From Prolixibacteraceae bacterium (GTDB lineage Bacteria > Bacteroidota > Bacteroidia > Bacteroidales > Prolixibacteraceae): a DNA stretch of 64,000 nt. The position numbers and the translations under genes are program-made. Every line of letters starts with the position of its first letter. Within the stretch, counting starts at the first letter, position 1. Below are positions 30,180 to 39,415 of this stretch, piece by piece. The notes under the pieces were generated by a model. The model was not told the DNA's origin. It was given only the letters and a program-made list of their open reading frames with translations, and ran no database searches. The stretch lies in contig JAFLKN010000021.1 of assembly GCA_019163175.1 (NCBI GenBank), positions 161 to 64,160 of the forward strand, given 5' to 3'.

Positions 30180-32075
30180 ATGCCGCAACGTTTTCTCAGA
30201 TATTCTTTTCTGATCCTGATTTTCTGTATTTCAGCTTTTGCAGGTTATTCAAATCAATCAGTTTCGCCATCTGTTGAAGATTCCAGGCTTGATTTTCTTA
30301 TTGAAAGAGCAACAAAACTTTTACCAGTTGCGACTAATCATGATACGGTTGTGTTTATGCTGAATGAAGCGGATCAGTTAGCTAAAGCTGCAAACAACCA
30401 GCATGCCTCCAATAATATACTTATTCTTAAAGGATTAAATGAATATTTTCTTGGGAATTATGAACAGGCCATTGATTATTACTATACAGCGCTTGATTTG
30501 TCAGAAAAATCGAATGATTCTTTGCTGATTGCAAAAGTAAATCATACGTTGGGGATGATTTACGATGAAATGGAAGATTACAATGAAGCAATAAGCTATT
30601 TCAACAAGTCATTGCAGATTAGTACGATGAAAAAGGATTCTGATCTGATGACTAAAACTTATCAAAACATTTCAATCAGCTATCAGAACAAAAAGGATTT
30701 AACGAAAGCGCTTGAATTTAATGATAAAGCCAATCAATTGGCGAAACTCCGCAAGGATACTACAAGAATTATCGACGCACTCAATAATTTTGGCACCATT
30801 AATTACGATCAGAAAAAATTTGATGAGAGTCTGGTTTGTTACCAAAAAGCCCTTGATCTGTATTTGAAAATCAAAGATATGCCAGGTGTTGCTATGGCCT
30901 ACAATAATATCGCTTTGGTATATCTGGATAAAAAGGAGTATAAACAATCTCTGGAGTTTTTCATGAAGTCTCTCCATCTGGCGACGGAATTAAAAATGAC
31001 CGATTTTGTCGGAGATATCTATGGAAATTTGACTTCGTATTACGAAGAACAAAAAGATTATAAAAATGCCTATCTCTGTAATACCAAATATAGCGCGATA
31101 TATGACAGCCTGAGTGGAGAGAAAAAGAATAAGATGATCAGACAGATTCAGGCTAAATACCAACTCAATAAAAATGCCCGGGAACTGGAAGTGTTGAAGC
31201 AAAATAATCAGACCCAATTACGCGCAATTAACCTGGCAAAATCTATTCAAATCTATCTGTTTAGTATTACTTTTTTGGTAATAGTTTTTATGGTAGCAAC
31301 ATTTTATCTTTTGGTCAAGGAGAAAAAACTTGCACGGGCATTGAAGTTAAAAACGGCAGAATTGAAGGATTTAAATGTTTCGAAAGATAAATTTTTCTCC
31401 ATCATCGCTCATGATTTGACTAATCCTTTCAATGTTTTAGTTGGTTTTACAGGCATGTTGAAGACTGATCTAGATTTGTTTTCCAAAGAAGAATTACAGC
31501 GAATCCTTTCAGACCTGAATCAGGCGTCTGAAAATGGATTTAACTTATTGCAAGATTTAATGGTTTGGAGTCAAACTCAAACCGATCGAATACAGATCAA
31601 TAAATCAAATTTCAGCTTGATCGACGTTTATAACGATGTGCGATCTTTGGTTGAATTAAACCTGATTTCGAAGGATCAGCAACTTTTTGCTGACATAGCT
31701 ACTGAATTGACAGTTTTTGCTGATAGAAGCATGATCTCGACAGTTTTACGCAATCTGATATTTAATTCAGTGAAATTCTCGCCCAAGGGATCTTTAATCC
31801 AGGTGAAATCAAAATTGGTCGGAGATTTTGCACATATCCAAGTTGTTGACCCCGGAATTGGAATTGCTCCAGAGGTGATTGACAGCTTGTTTGTGGTTGG
31901 AAAAAATAAAACCGGATTTGGTACGGAGGGTGAACAAGGAACCGGACTAGGATTGGCAATCTGCCACGAATTTGTTGAAAAAAATGGGGGAGAAATCTGG
32001 GTAGAAAGTAAAGTCGGACACGGTTCAGTGTTTTCTTTTTCAATCCCGCTAAATGATACAAACCGCCTTGCTTAA
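30180..32075 (+). CDS. TPR-repeat sensor histidine kinase (HisKA/HATPase)
   Basis: Periplasmic TPRs, TM, KDKFFSIIAHDL, RNLIFNSVKFS, GTGLGL. Confidence 0.92.
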   Translation: MPQRFLRYSFLILIFCISAFAGYSNQSVSPSVEDSRLDFLIERATKLLPVATNHDTVVFMLNEADQLAKAANNQHASNNILILKGLNEYFLGNYEQAIDYYYTALDLSEKSNDSLLIAKVNHTLGMIYDEMEDYNEAISYFNKSLQISTMKKDSDLMTKTYQNISISYQNKKDLTKALEFNDKANQLAKLRKDTTRIIDALNNFGTINYDQKKFDESLVCYQKALDLYLKIKDMPGVAMAYNNIALVYLDKKEYKQSLEFFMKSLHLATELKMTDFVGDIYGNLTSYYEEQKDYKNAYLCNTKYSAIYDSLSGEKKNKMIRQIQAKYQLNKNARELEVLKQNNQTQLRAINLAKSIQIYLFSITFLVIVFMVATFYLLVKEKKLARALKLKTAELKDLNVSKDKFFSIIAHDLTNPFNVLVGFTGMLKTDLDLFSKEELQRILSDLNQASENGFNLLQDLMVWSQTQTDRIQINKSNFSLIDVYNDVRSLVELNLISKDQQLFADIATELTVFADRSMISTVLRNLIFNSVKFSPKGSLIQVKSKLVGDFAHIQVVDPGIGIAPEVIDSLFVVGKNKTGFGTEGEQGTGLGLAICHEFVEKNGGEIWVESKVGHGSVFSFSIPLNDTNRLA

Positions 32076-32108
32076 AATTATTTCATCAACCACTTTTACT
32101 CAAGCATT

Positions 32109-34157
32109 TTATTTCCAGAATCGGATAATGGCCATTTCGCACATCATGAAAAGAATGGCTATAATGATAAAGAGCTTCCATAATTGCTTCCCGTTGCTAT
32201 AATCCTGAAGACTTTCGCTTAGTCCGGCCTCTGATGATTCAATCAGTTGAAATTGCTTGAAGTTACTCGATTGCATGAGTTTTCGTAATTCTTCATCAGC
32301 ATAAAATTCGGTATCCGATTCCTTTCTTGAGTAATTGTAAGAAATAGATTGTATCACCTGATTACCATCGCGAATCAAATAATGTCCAGCACTTTTAGGT
32401 AGTTCATCAAGAATTAGCTGCTGTTTTCCTGCTCCAATTGTCCGAACTGAGGTGATAAATTCATCTTTGGTCTGCTGGTTTATTGTTTTGAGCTCGCTGA
32501 TTGGTGCGCTGCTATTTAAAAGTATAGGTTCATCGCTATCAATTGAATACGAATATTTTTGCTGCACTCCGCTTTGTAAAACCATGTTGTAGACGGTTGG
32601 TACAAAAATAATATGCCTGATAAAATTGAAATTAGCTTTGCTAATTGGAAAAGCAAAGAAGTAAACGGTTCCCTTTCCAAGCGAACTGGAGGTTAAGGCG
32701 CTTTTCCCATTTCTCAAAGACATTACTTCTGAGCCTTTAGCTTGCATTTGAGTGTTCAGTATCGTATAACCTTTTATCGAAGGCAAATCAGCTTCATCTT
32801 CGTGTTTTTTAAATACCTCTTTAAAAAGGTCATGCTCATAACTGATTTTTGAAATGCCCACGGTAGCAGTGTCAAAAGAAGCTATTGTGCTATTATTTAG
32901 TTTCGTTAAGAGTAAATTTAATTCGTTATAATTTGCCAATCTACCTGGAAAAATAACTAAGGTTCCACCTTCTTCAACGAACGAATTTAATTCGTTAATT
33001 AACCCGGAACTAAATTTTTGGTTGTTGATCAGGAATATACAAGAGCTGTTTTTAATTTGAGAAATCTGTACATTATTCTCAGGATAATCTGCATAGCTGA
33101 TTAACTCATCTTCAGCAAAAAGATTTTTCAGATAGTCAGAGCCATTTTCCAGAGGATTATAGATGCCCAATGCATTGAGTTTGCCGCGAACCAGATAACT
33201 TAGGAAATAGGAATTGTCATAAATAACCGGATAGTCATCAAGTTCAACTTTGCACAATTGAATTCCCTCAGAATTGTTGGTGTAATTAAGTTCCAAAATG
33301 GTCTTTTCCTGACCGGCAATCGAAATGTTTGAAATCGCTTTTAACGAATCATTAATCGTTAATCTGATTGGTATATTCTGGTAAGCCTGATCAGATCGAT
33401 TGCTTATCTGGACGTAAAGTATTTCGCTTTGTCCAATTTTCCTTCCAGGAACCTCGAACCAACAAGAGTCAATCAGAAGATTATTTGTTACACTACTTTT
33501 AAGTGGCAGTAAATATGTGAAGACTGAGGAATCTGCTTTTATAGCATCGAAATCTGAAGTATTCTTCTGAAAATCGGACAATAAAAAAATATTTTTCTCA
33601 ATTTTTTTCTGAGTTTCAGAGCCCAGTTGTATAGCCCGAGAATATACATTAGATAACTTTGGAGAATGTGCACTCTCTTTAATTTCAGCAACTTGCTGCA
33701 CAAATTGCTCTTTATTTAGCGGGAATTGATGCTGCGGAGAAAAATCACTAGTCAAAATAATAAATTGAGTTCCAACTTTATATGAATTGGCTATTTCAAT
33801 AGCTCGTTGTTTGGCTTGTTCAAGTAAAGATCCCTTTTCGCCTTCAGATTTCATGCTAAAGGAATTATCGATATAGATTACGACAACCTGTTGTGCAGCG
33901 TGAGTGACTTTTTGGTTTAAAGGAATATATGGACGGCTGAATGCAAAAACTAAAGCTGAAATGGCAAGTAATCGGGCAATAAGAATAAGGATTTGCTTAA
34001 GCTGCGTTTTTTTTTTAGAATCTTGTTTGATGAGCTTTAAAAGCTGAACATTGCTAAAATAGACTGTTTTATACCGCTTAAAATTAAAAAAGTGAATAAT
34101 TACCGGTATTGCCAAAGCCAGTAGAGCAAACAGGAAAAACGGATATAAAAAACTCAT
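32109..34157 (-). CDS. BatA-domain / vWA-like membrane protein
   Basis: MSFLYPFFLFALLALAIPVIIHFFNF..VYFSNV BatA N-terminus, IDNSFSM MIDAS-like motif, C-terminal LWK..TM. Confidence 0.85.
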   Translation of the reverse strand: MSFLYPFFLFALLALAIPVIIHFFNFKRYKTVYFSNVQLLKLIKQDSKKKTQLKQILILIARLLAISALVFAFSRPYIPLNQKVTHAAQQVVVIYIDNSFSMKSEGEKGSLLEQAKQRAIEIANSYKVGTQFIILTSDFSPQHQFPLNKEQFVQQVAEIKESAHSPKLSNVYSRAIQLGSETQKKIEKNIFLLSDFQKNTSDFDAIKADSSVFTYLLPLKSSVTNNLLIDSCWFEVPGRKIGQSEILYVQISNRSDQAYQNIPIRLTINDSLKAISNISIAGQEKTILELNYTNNSEGIQLCKVELDDYPVIYDNSYFLSYLVRGKLNALGIYNPLENGSDYLKNLFAEDELISYADYPENNVQISQIKNSSCIFLINNQKFSSGLINELNSFVEEGGTLVIFPGRLANYNELNLLLTKLNNSTIASFDTATVGISKISYEHDLFKEVFKKHEDEADLPSIKGYTILNTQMQAKGSEVMSLRNGKSALTSSSLGKGTVYFFAFPISKANFNFIRHIIFVPTVYNMVLQSGVQQKYSYSIDSDEPILLNSSAPISELKTINQQTKDEFITSVRTIGAGKQQLILDELPKSAGHYLIRDGNQVIQSISYNYSRKESDTEFYADEELRKLMQSSNFKQFQLIESSEAGLSESLQDYSNGKQLWKLFIIIAILFMMCEMAIIRFWK

Positions 34158-34187
34158 CGTTTAATTCAATATTTGGTAGCAGTTGTG

Positions 34188-35933
34188 CTAAGCTTTTGGT
34201 ATAATCTTTAAAACCTGACCGACCTTTAAACTATTAGCAGCCTTAATATTATTAATCTTCATGATCTCCTGATTCGAAACTCCTGGAAATTTTTTTGCAA
34301 TTGACCAAAAATTATCTCCCTTACGTACAGTATAATACACAATTTCGTCTCCGCTAGACTCATTATTTTGCTTAACTAAGCTGCTGTCTTTTTTACCTGT
34401 TTCTACAACTTCAGCCAGACTCTTGTCTGTAGTCTTTGTTTCGCTGGTTTTAACTTCAGCAACTTTTTCAGGAGTTTTAGCTTTTGCAGTACTTGCCAGA
34501 TTTTGAGAAGAACTTACAATAGGTTTTTTGTTGAGCGATTTTTGTTTGTCAGCGCGACTCATTTTACTGACATTGCTATAGTATTCACCCTGACCTTCAG
34601 GTACATAAATTGTTATTTTTTGTCCTGCTTTGAGGAAGTTACTTCGCATTTTATTCCAGAATTTCAGATCCGAGGTCCGGACTCTGAACCATGCCGAAAT
34701 CATTCCCAGATTATCGCCCGATTTAACTGAGTAAATAATTTTATCGCGCCCTTTAATGTCGCTCGGACTTTGGCTTGCAAAACTATTCTGTGGATTTACA
34801 ATTTGATTGTTGGGAAAAAACTCTGTGCGACGGTGATCATGAATTTCACCTTCGTTCTCCAGATAAGCAGAAATCTCGTCCTGTGGTAAAACAAGGCTGT
34901 AGGCCTTTTCTTTACTGGCCGGAATAATGTCCCGGCGGTACTGAGGATTCAGGCTACGGATCTGTTCAACCGGAATCCCAATAACTTCAGAGACTTGGTT
35001 GAAATGAAGATAATCATTAACCATTAGAGTGTCTGTAATAATTGGAAAGTCAGGAGACTTTGGGAAAATATTGTGACTCTGATAGAAATTCATCACATAA
35101 TTTGCTGCAATAAATGCGGGCACGTATCCACGGGTTTCTTTGGGTAATTTGTAATAAACTTTCCAGTAATCCTTAGCATTTCCGGAACGCTTTATAGCTT
35201 TATTTACATTGCCTGGGCCGCAATTATAGGCGGCAATTACCAGGTGCCAATCTTTATAAATGTTGTATAAATCGCGCAAATATCTCGCTGCGGCATCGGT
35301 TGCTTTCAATGGATCGCGGCGTTCGTCAACAAATGTGCTGATTTCAAGCTTGTACATTTTGCCGGTACCATACATAAACTGCCACAAACCTACCGCGCTT
35401 GCTACCGAGTTTGCTCCCGGATTCAATGCCGATTCAATAATTGGAAGATATTTTAATTCCATAGGCAAGCCATATTTGGCAAGTGCTTCCTCGAACATCG
35501 GGAAATAATAATTAGCTAAGCCTAGCATAACCGCAACCTGTTTCGGTTTGCGCACGGTATACATTGCAATAAAATTCTTAACCGTATTGTTGTAGGAAAG
35601 ACTAACAGCTGATTGCATCGATTGCAACCGCTGAATATAAACTGAATCGGGTAGGGTTTGTTTGAGTGTATCAGCTTCTGCAAGTTCTGTACTATCCAAT
35701 AAAAAAGCATTCTGAACGTACCAGCTGCTCAACATACTATCAAGCTTGTCCGAAAAGTATTTATTCAGATTTTCATCAGGAATATAATAGTACTTTTCAT
35801 ATCCGTTTAAGGTATCTAATGAAGCAACATTTATGGTACATGCTTTCCGAAGGTTTTCCTTCCTCAATCCAGCTGCATAGCTTTGCAGTCCGGTAATGGT
35901 TAGTAAAATAACTGTCAGTTGTAATATCTTCAT
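34188..35933 (-). CDS. mltD: Membrane-bound lytic murein transglycosylase D-like (SLT plus LysM)
   Basis: LPIIESALNP catalytic Glu, AVGLWQFM, AAYNCGPGNV, LPKETRGYVP; LysM repeats YSVKSGDNL and YTVRKGDNF. Confidence 0.9.
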   Translation of the reverse strand: MKILQLTVILLTITGLQSYAAGLRKENLRKACTINVASLDTLNGYEKYYYIPDENLNKYFSDKLDSMLSSWYVQNAFLLDSTELAEADTLKQTLPDSVYIQRLQSMQSAVSLSYNNTVKNFIAMYTVRKPKQVAVMLGLANYYFPMFEEALAKYGLPMELKYLPIIESALNPGANSVASAVGLWQFMYGTGKMYKLEISTFVDERRDPLKATDAAARYLRDLYNIYKDWHLVIAAYNCGPGNVNKAIKRSGNAKDYWKVYYKLPKETRGYVPAFIAANYVMNFYQSHNIFPKSPDFPIITDTLMVNDYLHFNQVSEVIGIPVEQIRSLNPQYRRDIIPASKEKAYSLVLPQDEISAYLENEGEIHDHRRTEFFPNNQIVNPQNSFASQSPSDIKGRDKIIYSVKSGDNLGMISAWFRVRTSDLKFWNKMRSNFLKAGQKITIYVPEGQGEYYSNVSKMSRADKQKSLNKKPIVSSSQNLASTAKAKTPEKVAEVKTSETKTTDKSLAEVVETGKKDSSLVKQNNESSGDEIVYYTVRKGDNFWSIAKKFPGVSNQEIMKINNIKAANSLKVGQVLKIIPKA

Positions 35934-35942
35934 AAGCTAATC

Positions 35943-36563
35943 TTAAAATGTAAATCTACAATGTATTCCTATCAATTTATTATCCATACACATAACAGGG
36001 CCAGGCACCCAATTTATCGTCAAATCGTCGCTGATGTCGAAGTTGAAAAAGTGTGCATCAACACTCGCATCAATGATATTGACTGCATAAAAAACAACTG
36101 TACCAATAACAACCAAATCCCGATTTCTTCTCCAGTAATCCTTTTGCCTTCTTAAAGCTTCCGTAAAATTCGAAATTCGCTCAGGTTGAAGTAGGTATTC
36201 ATTAACCTTCAAATCAAGATGCGAATTTGTGTAAGGATCAGTGTCAATGATGTCAGAATAAGCTTGTTTGTATAGTGTATATTGTTCGTTGTTAAAGTTA
36301 ATAAAGTATCCTAGAGTTGCAAAACCACCATAAACCAATGGAACTTTCCAATATTTCCGATTGTACATCTGTCCCATACCGGGGAAAACAGCCGAATAAA
36401 TTGTTGCTTTTCGAGGTGAATGTAAAACTTCGGGTTTACCGACTTTTGTTGAATCAACAGCTGATTTCTGGCTATAGGCAGAAAATCCTGTTGCGAAAAA
36501 CAGGATTATAAAAAGACATGTACCAAATAGTTTGGATGGAATGATATTTCTTTTTCTATGCAT
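35943..36563 (-). CDS. DUF5683-domain protein
   Basis: HSPRKATIYSAVFPGMGQMYNRKYWKVPLVYGG and NIIDASVDAHF; conserved position after parB in Bacteroidota. Confidence 0.85.
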   Translation of the reverse strand: MHRKRNIIPSKLFGTCLFIILFFATGFSAYSQKSAVDSTKVGKPEVLHSPRKATIYSAVFPGMGQMYNRKYWKVPLVYGGFATLGYFINFNNEQYTLYKQAYSDIIDTDPYTNSHLDLKVNEYLLQPERISNFTEALRRQKDYWRRNRDLVVIGTVVFYAVNIIDASVDAHFFNFDISDDLTINWVPGPVMCMDNKLIGIHCRFTF

Positions 36564-37437
36564 CTAATTTGTCAAGGATTCCTAATATGCGTTCCAAGTC
36601 TTTGGTTGAAGAAAATGGAATGGTAATCTTTCCTTTTCCTGTTTGATCCATCTTGAAATCAATTTTCGACTGAAAATATTTGTTCAAATGATTGTATAAA
36701 TCCTGATATTCGGTCGGAAATTTGGGAACTTTCACTTTTTCTTCCGATTGAAAACTTGTCTGATCTTCGTTGTAATTTCGCACAATTTCTTCAACCCGGC
36801 GAACCGAAAATTCATTTTTTATGATTTCATCATAAATCATCAGCTGCATTTCCGAATCCTGTATATTAACCAAGGCGCGGGCGTGACCCATGCTGATGTT
36901 TTTATCAACAATGCCTTTCTGAATCTTTGCCGGCAGCTTTAGCAAACGAAGGTAATTGGTTACAGTTGACCGCTTTTTCCCAACTCTATCACTCAGTGTC
37001 TCTTGAGTCAGTTTGCATTCGTCAATTAATCGCTGGTAACTAAGTGCAATTTCAATGGCATCAAGATCTTCGCGTTGAATATTTTCAACCAATGCCATTT
37101 CTAGCATCCCTTCATCGTCAGCAGTTCTGACATATGCCGGAATTGATGTTAACCCGGCAATTTTCGATGCTCTGAATCTTCTTTCACCAGCAATAATCTG
37201 GAATTGATTGTCGTCAATTTTACGCAGCGTGATGGGCTGAATAATCCCGATTTCCTTTATTGAAGCAGCTAATTCGTTTAATGCTTCTTCATCAAATTTT
37301 GTACGGGGTTGAAAAGGGTTAGCTATAATCTTCGAAATTTCAATTTCGTTGATGGAAGAACCAATTTCTTTTTCAGGAGTATTGGCCCCATCAATTAAAG
37401 CACCTAAACCTCTTCCCAATGCGCTCTTTTTTGCCAT
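36556..37437 (-). CDS. parB: Chromosome partitioning protein ParB/Spo0J
   Basis: KKSALGRGLGALI, NPFQPR, IAGERR, ALVENIQREDL, HTH. Confidence 0.97.
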   Translation of the reverse strand: MAKKSALGRGLGALIDGANTPEKEIGSSINEIEISKIIANPFQPRTKFDEEALNELAASIKEIGIIQPITLRKIDDNQFQIIAGERRFRASKIAGLTSIPAYVRTADDEGMLEMALVENIQREDLDAIEIALSYQRLIDECKLTQETLSDRVGKKRSTVTNYLRLLKLPAKIQKGIVDKNISMGHARALVNIQDSEMQLMIYDEIIKNEFSVRRVEEIVRNYNEDQTSFQSEEKVKVPKFPTEYQDLYNHLNKYFQSKIDFKMDQTGKGKITIPFSSTKDLERILGILDKLDA

Positions 37438-37449
37438 AATTAAAAGGTC

Positions 37450-38250
37450 TTATTCAATAATTTTTTCGGAATTTTTCAATTTAGTCATACCATTATTCTG
37501 CAATAATTCGCGGGCCAGGTTCATATAAGACGAGGCGCCCTTTGAGGTTGCATCGTACAAAATTGCAGGCTGACCGTAACTTGGAGCTTCGCTAAGTTTA
37601 ATATTGCGTTGAATAACTGATTCAAATACCATCTCCTGAAAATGCTTCTTAACTTCTTCCTGCACCTGGTTCGATAAATTTAACCTTGAATCGAACATGG
37701 TAAGTAAAAATCCCTCAATCTCAAGTTCCGGATGCAATTTGGTTTGTATTATCTTAATAGTATTCAAAAGTTTACCCAACCCTTCCAGTGCAAAATATTC
37801 ACATTGTACAGGAATAATAACCGAATCGGCTGCAGTGAGCGCATTCACAGTAATCAAACCTAATGAAGGAGAACAGTCGATCAAAATAAAATCGTAGTCG
37901 TTTCTTATTTTTTCGATTACATGGCGCAAGACTTTTTCCCGGTTCGGAAGATTGAGCATTTCAATTTCAGCACCAACCAGATCGATGTGCGATGGAATAA
38001 GGTCTAAACCTTGAATCTCAGTATTTAATATGATTTTTCTTGGATCAAGTTCATCAACGATACATTCATAGATACTGGTTTTTACATTTCGTACATCAAA
38101 TCCAACTCCGGAAGTGGCATTGGCTTGTGGATCAGCATCTATAATCAAAACTTTATATTCTAAAACAGCCAGACTTGCTGCCAGATTTATTGCAGTTGTG
38201 GTTTTTCCAACTCCACCTTTTTGGTTAGCAAGTGCAATTACTTTTCCCAT
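37450..38250 (-). CDS. parA: Chromosome partitioning ATPase ParA/Soj
   Basis: NQKGGVGKTTT, DADPQANAT, DCSPSLG, PVQCEYFALEG, LSEAPS. Confidence 0.97.
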   Translation of the reverse strand: MGKVIALANQKGGVGKTTTAINLAASLAVLEYKVLIIDADPQANATSGVGFDVRNVKTSIYECIVDELDPRKIILNTEIQGLDLIPSHIDLVGAEIEMLNLPNREKVLRHVIEKIRNDYDFILIDCSPSLGLITVNALTAADSVIIPVQCEYFALEGLGKLLNTIKIIQTKLHPELEIEGFLLTMFDSRLNLSNQVQEEVKKHFQEMVFESVIQRNIKLSEAPSYGQPAILYDATSKGASSYMNLARELLQNNGMTKLKNSEKIIE

Positions 38251-38276
38251 ACAAAAACTACTTATTTGTTAAGTTC

Positions 38277-38284
38277 CAAAGTTA
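38277..38284 (-). promoter_or_regulatory. parAB promoter -7 element (TAACTTTG)
   Basis: Exact TAnnTTTG match 26 nt upstream of the parA ATG. Confidence 0.65.
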
Positions 38285-38497
38285 ATATTTTAAACAGAAA
38301 CCGGTAGTAAATATTTATTAATTAAACTTAACGGACTTACAATGTGTTGAAATTCAAATTATTGAAAATGCAAATTTGTAAGACCGAAATATACTTCAGA
38401 TAAACGCTATTAAAACCAAAATGTTGCCTGTTTTTAGGTGCTCAGTTTGCAAATTCACTGATAAGCAACAGGGTTAGAGTTAAAATTCAAATTATCT

Positions 38498-38617
38498 TCA
38501 TAGCATGCTGATCTTTTGCATCATTTTCAACAATTGCAAATCAATTGTCATATCAATGGAGAATAATGCATATTTCCCAGATAATTTGATGGAAATCTGT
38601 TTTCTCAGCGATGTCAT
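38498..38617 (-). CDS. Possible 39-aa small ORF (MTSLRKQISIKLSGKYALFSIDMTIDLQLLKMMQKISML)
   Basis: Manual translation; TAGTTTTG -7 element at 38638-38645 just upstream. No recognisable homology. Confidence 0.25.
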   Translation of the reverse strand: MTSLRKQISIKLSGKYALFSIDMTIDLQLLKMMQKISML

Positions 38618-38692
38618 CTTGTTCTGATTACGGGACGCAAAACTAGTAAATATTGTATGCTGAAAATAAGAAAGCTTGAATTGAGTACTGCT

Positions 38693-38740
38693 AAAAACAC
38701 GAATGGGAACAATCCTTTCAGATAGTTCCCATTCACTTTT
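38693..38740 (-). terminator. Intrinsic terminator closing the candidate ncRNA
   Basis: Minus-strand GAAUGGGAAC...GUUCCCAUUC 10-bp perfect stem, extendable, followed by GUGUUUUU. Confidence 0.75.
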
Positions 38741-39234
38741 GGTTCGCCCGAGGGCTTACCTCAGTGCCAGACTACGGTTATTTAAGCCGGCGGCTCCATC
38801 CGGTTTCTCCAACCATTTTTTGCAGCCTTGAGCTTTCCTGTATTGCTTGTTACAGCATTACGTTCCAGCTGTTCATTCGACTATTCCGAAGAAGTGCCTT
38901 CCTGAACGAAGTTCCTTTTTAGCCACCTTTTTTCATCATTTCTTTCGATCTGGTGATAGGTGAAAAACTAATTTGATCCGAGGATCATTTCATTTTCAGT
39001 TCGACTTCCGGAAACCAAGGTTTCTTTTTGTCTCCTGCTTTTTTTGAATCAACATTGATATGAACGTTTTCGCGATCATTTGTTTGCTGATGAACCTATT
39101 CATTTCTGTTTCGGTTCGAACTTCAGCTTTTCGTGAATGCAGATCCGAAGATCCGGATGATCGGGTTTGGGGGTCAATTAAGTACCTTCTTCCTCTTCCA
39201 TTCAATCAAAGCAACTTTTTATCGCTCGTCTGAT
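38693..39234 (-). ncRNA. Candidate large (~540 nt) structured non-coding RNA, family not identified
   Basis: Upstream TTG-N21-TAACTTTA promoter-like element; multiple tetraloop hairpins; 5'/3' closing helix CAGAC/GUCUG; terminator; no credible CDS. Ends are estimated. Confidence 0.6.
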
Positions 39235-39302
39235 GATATAAAGTTAATACATTAGATACCCCAAAGTCAAGCTTTTAGTCAATTTTGATTCAACCGTATT
39301 TG

Positions 39303-39338
39303 ATCACTAGTTATCAACAATTGTTAATAACTAGTGAT
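39303..39338. repeat. 36-bp near-perfect palindrome containing two inverted DnaA-box-like 9-mers
   Basis: ATCACTAGTTAT-C-AACAATTGTT-A-ATAACTAGTGAT; only one mismatched pair. Confidence 0.8.
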
Positions 39339-39415
39339 GCATCTAATTGATTGATTTTCATGTTTTTTATTTGTTTATAAAGTGACTTTATCAAGGTTAT
39401 AAACAATTTTGAATC

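Noticed and set aside
30180-32075. Possible pseudokinase because of DPGIG and HDLTNP variants
   Set aside because: The phospho-His, N-box Asn and G-box Asp/Gly residues are all retained.
38996-39205. 69-aa minus-strand ORF inside the candidate ncRNA
   Set aside because: Non-ATG start, no recognisable motif, and it covers only part of a region dominated by tetraloop hairpins; not excluded without Ribo-seq.
38693-39234. Identification as tmRNA, RNase P RNA, SRP, 6S or tRNA
   Set aside because: No tRNA-like GGGG...CCACCA ends, no GGAAAGUCC RNase P motif, no cloverleaf, and far too long for SRP or 6S.
38251-39415. parS site near parAB
   Set aside because: No match to the GTTTCACGTGAAAC/GTTCCACGTGGAAC-type palindrome was seen by eye.
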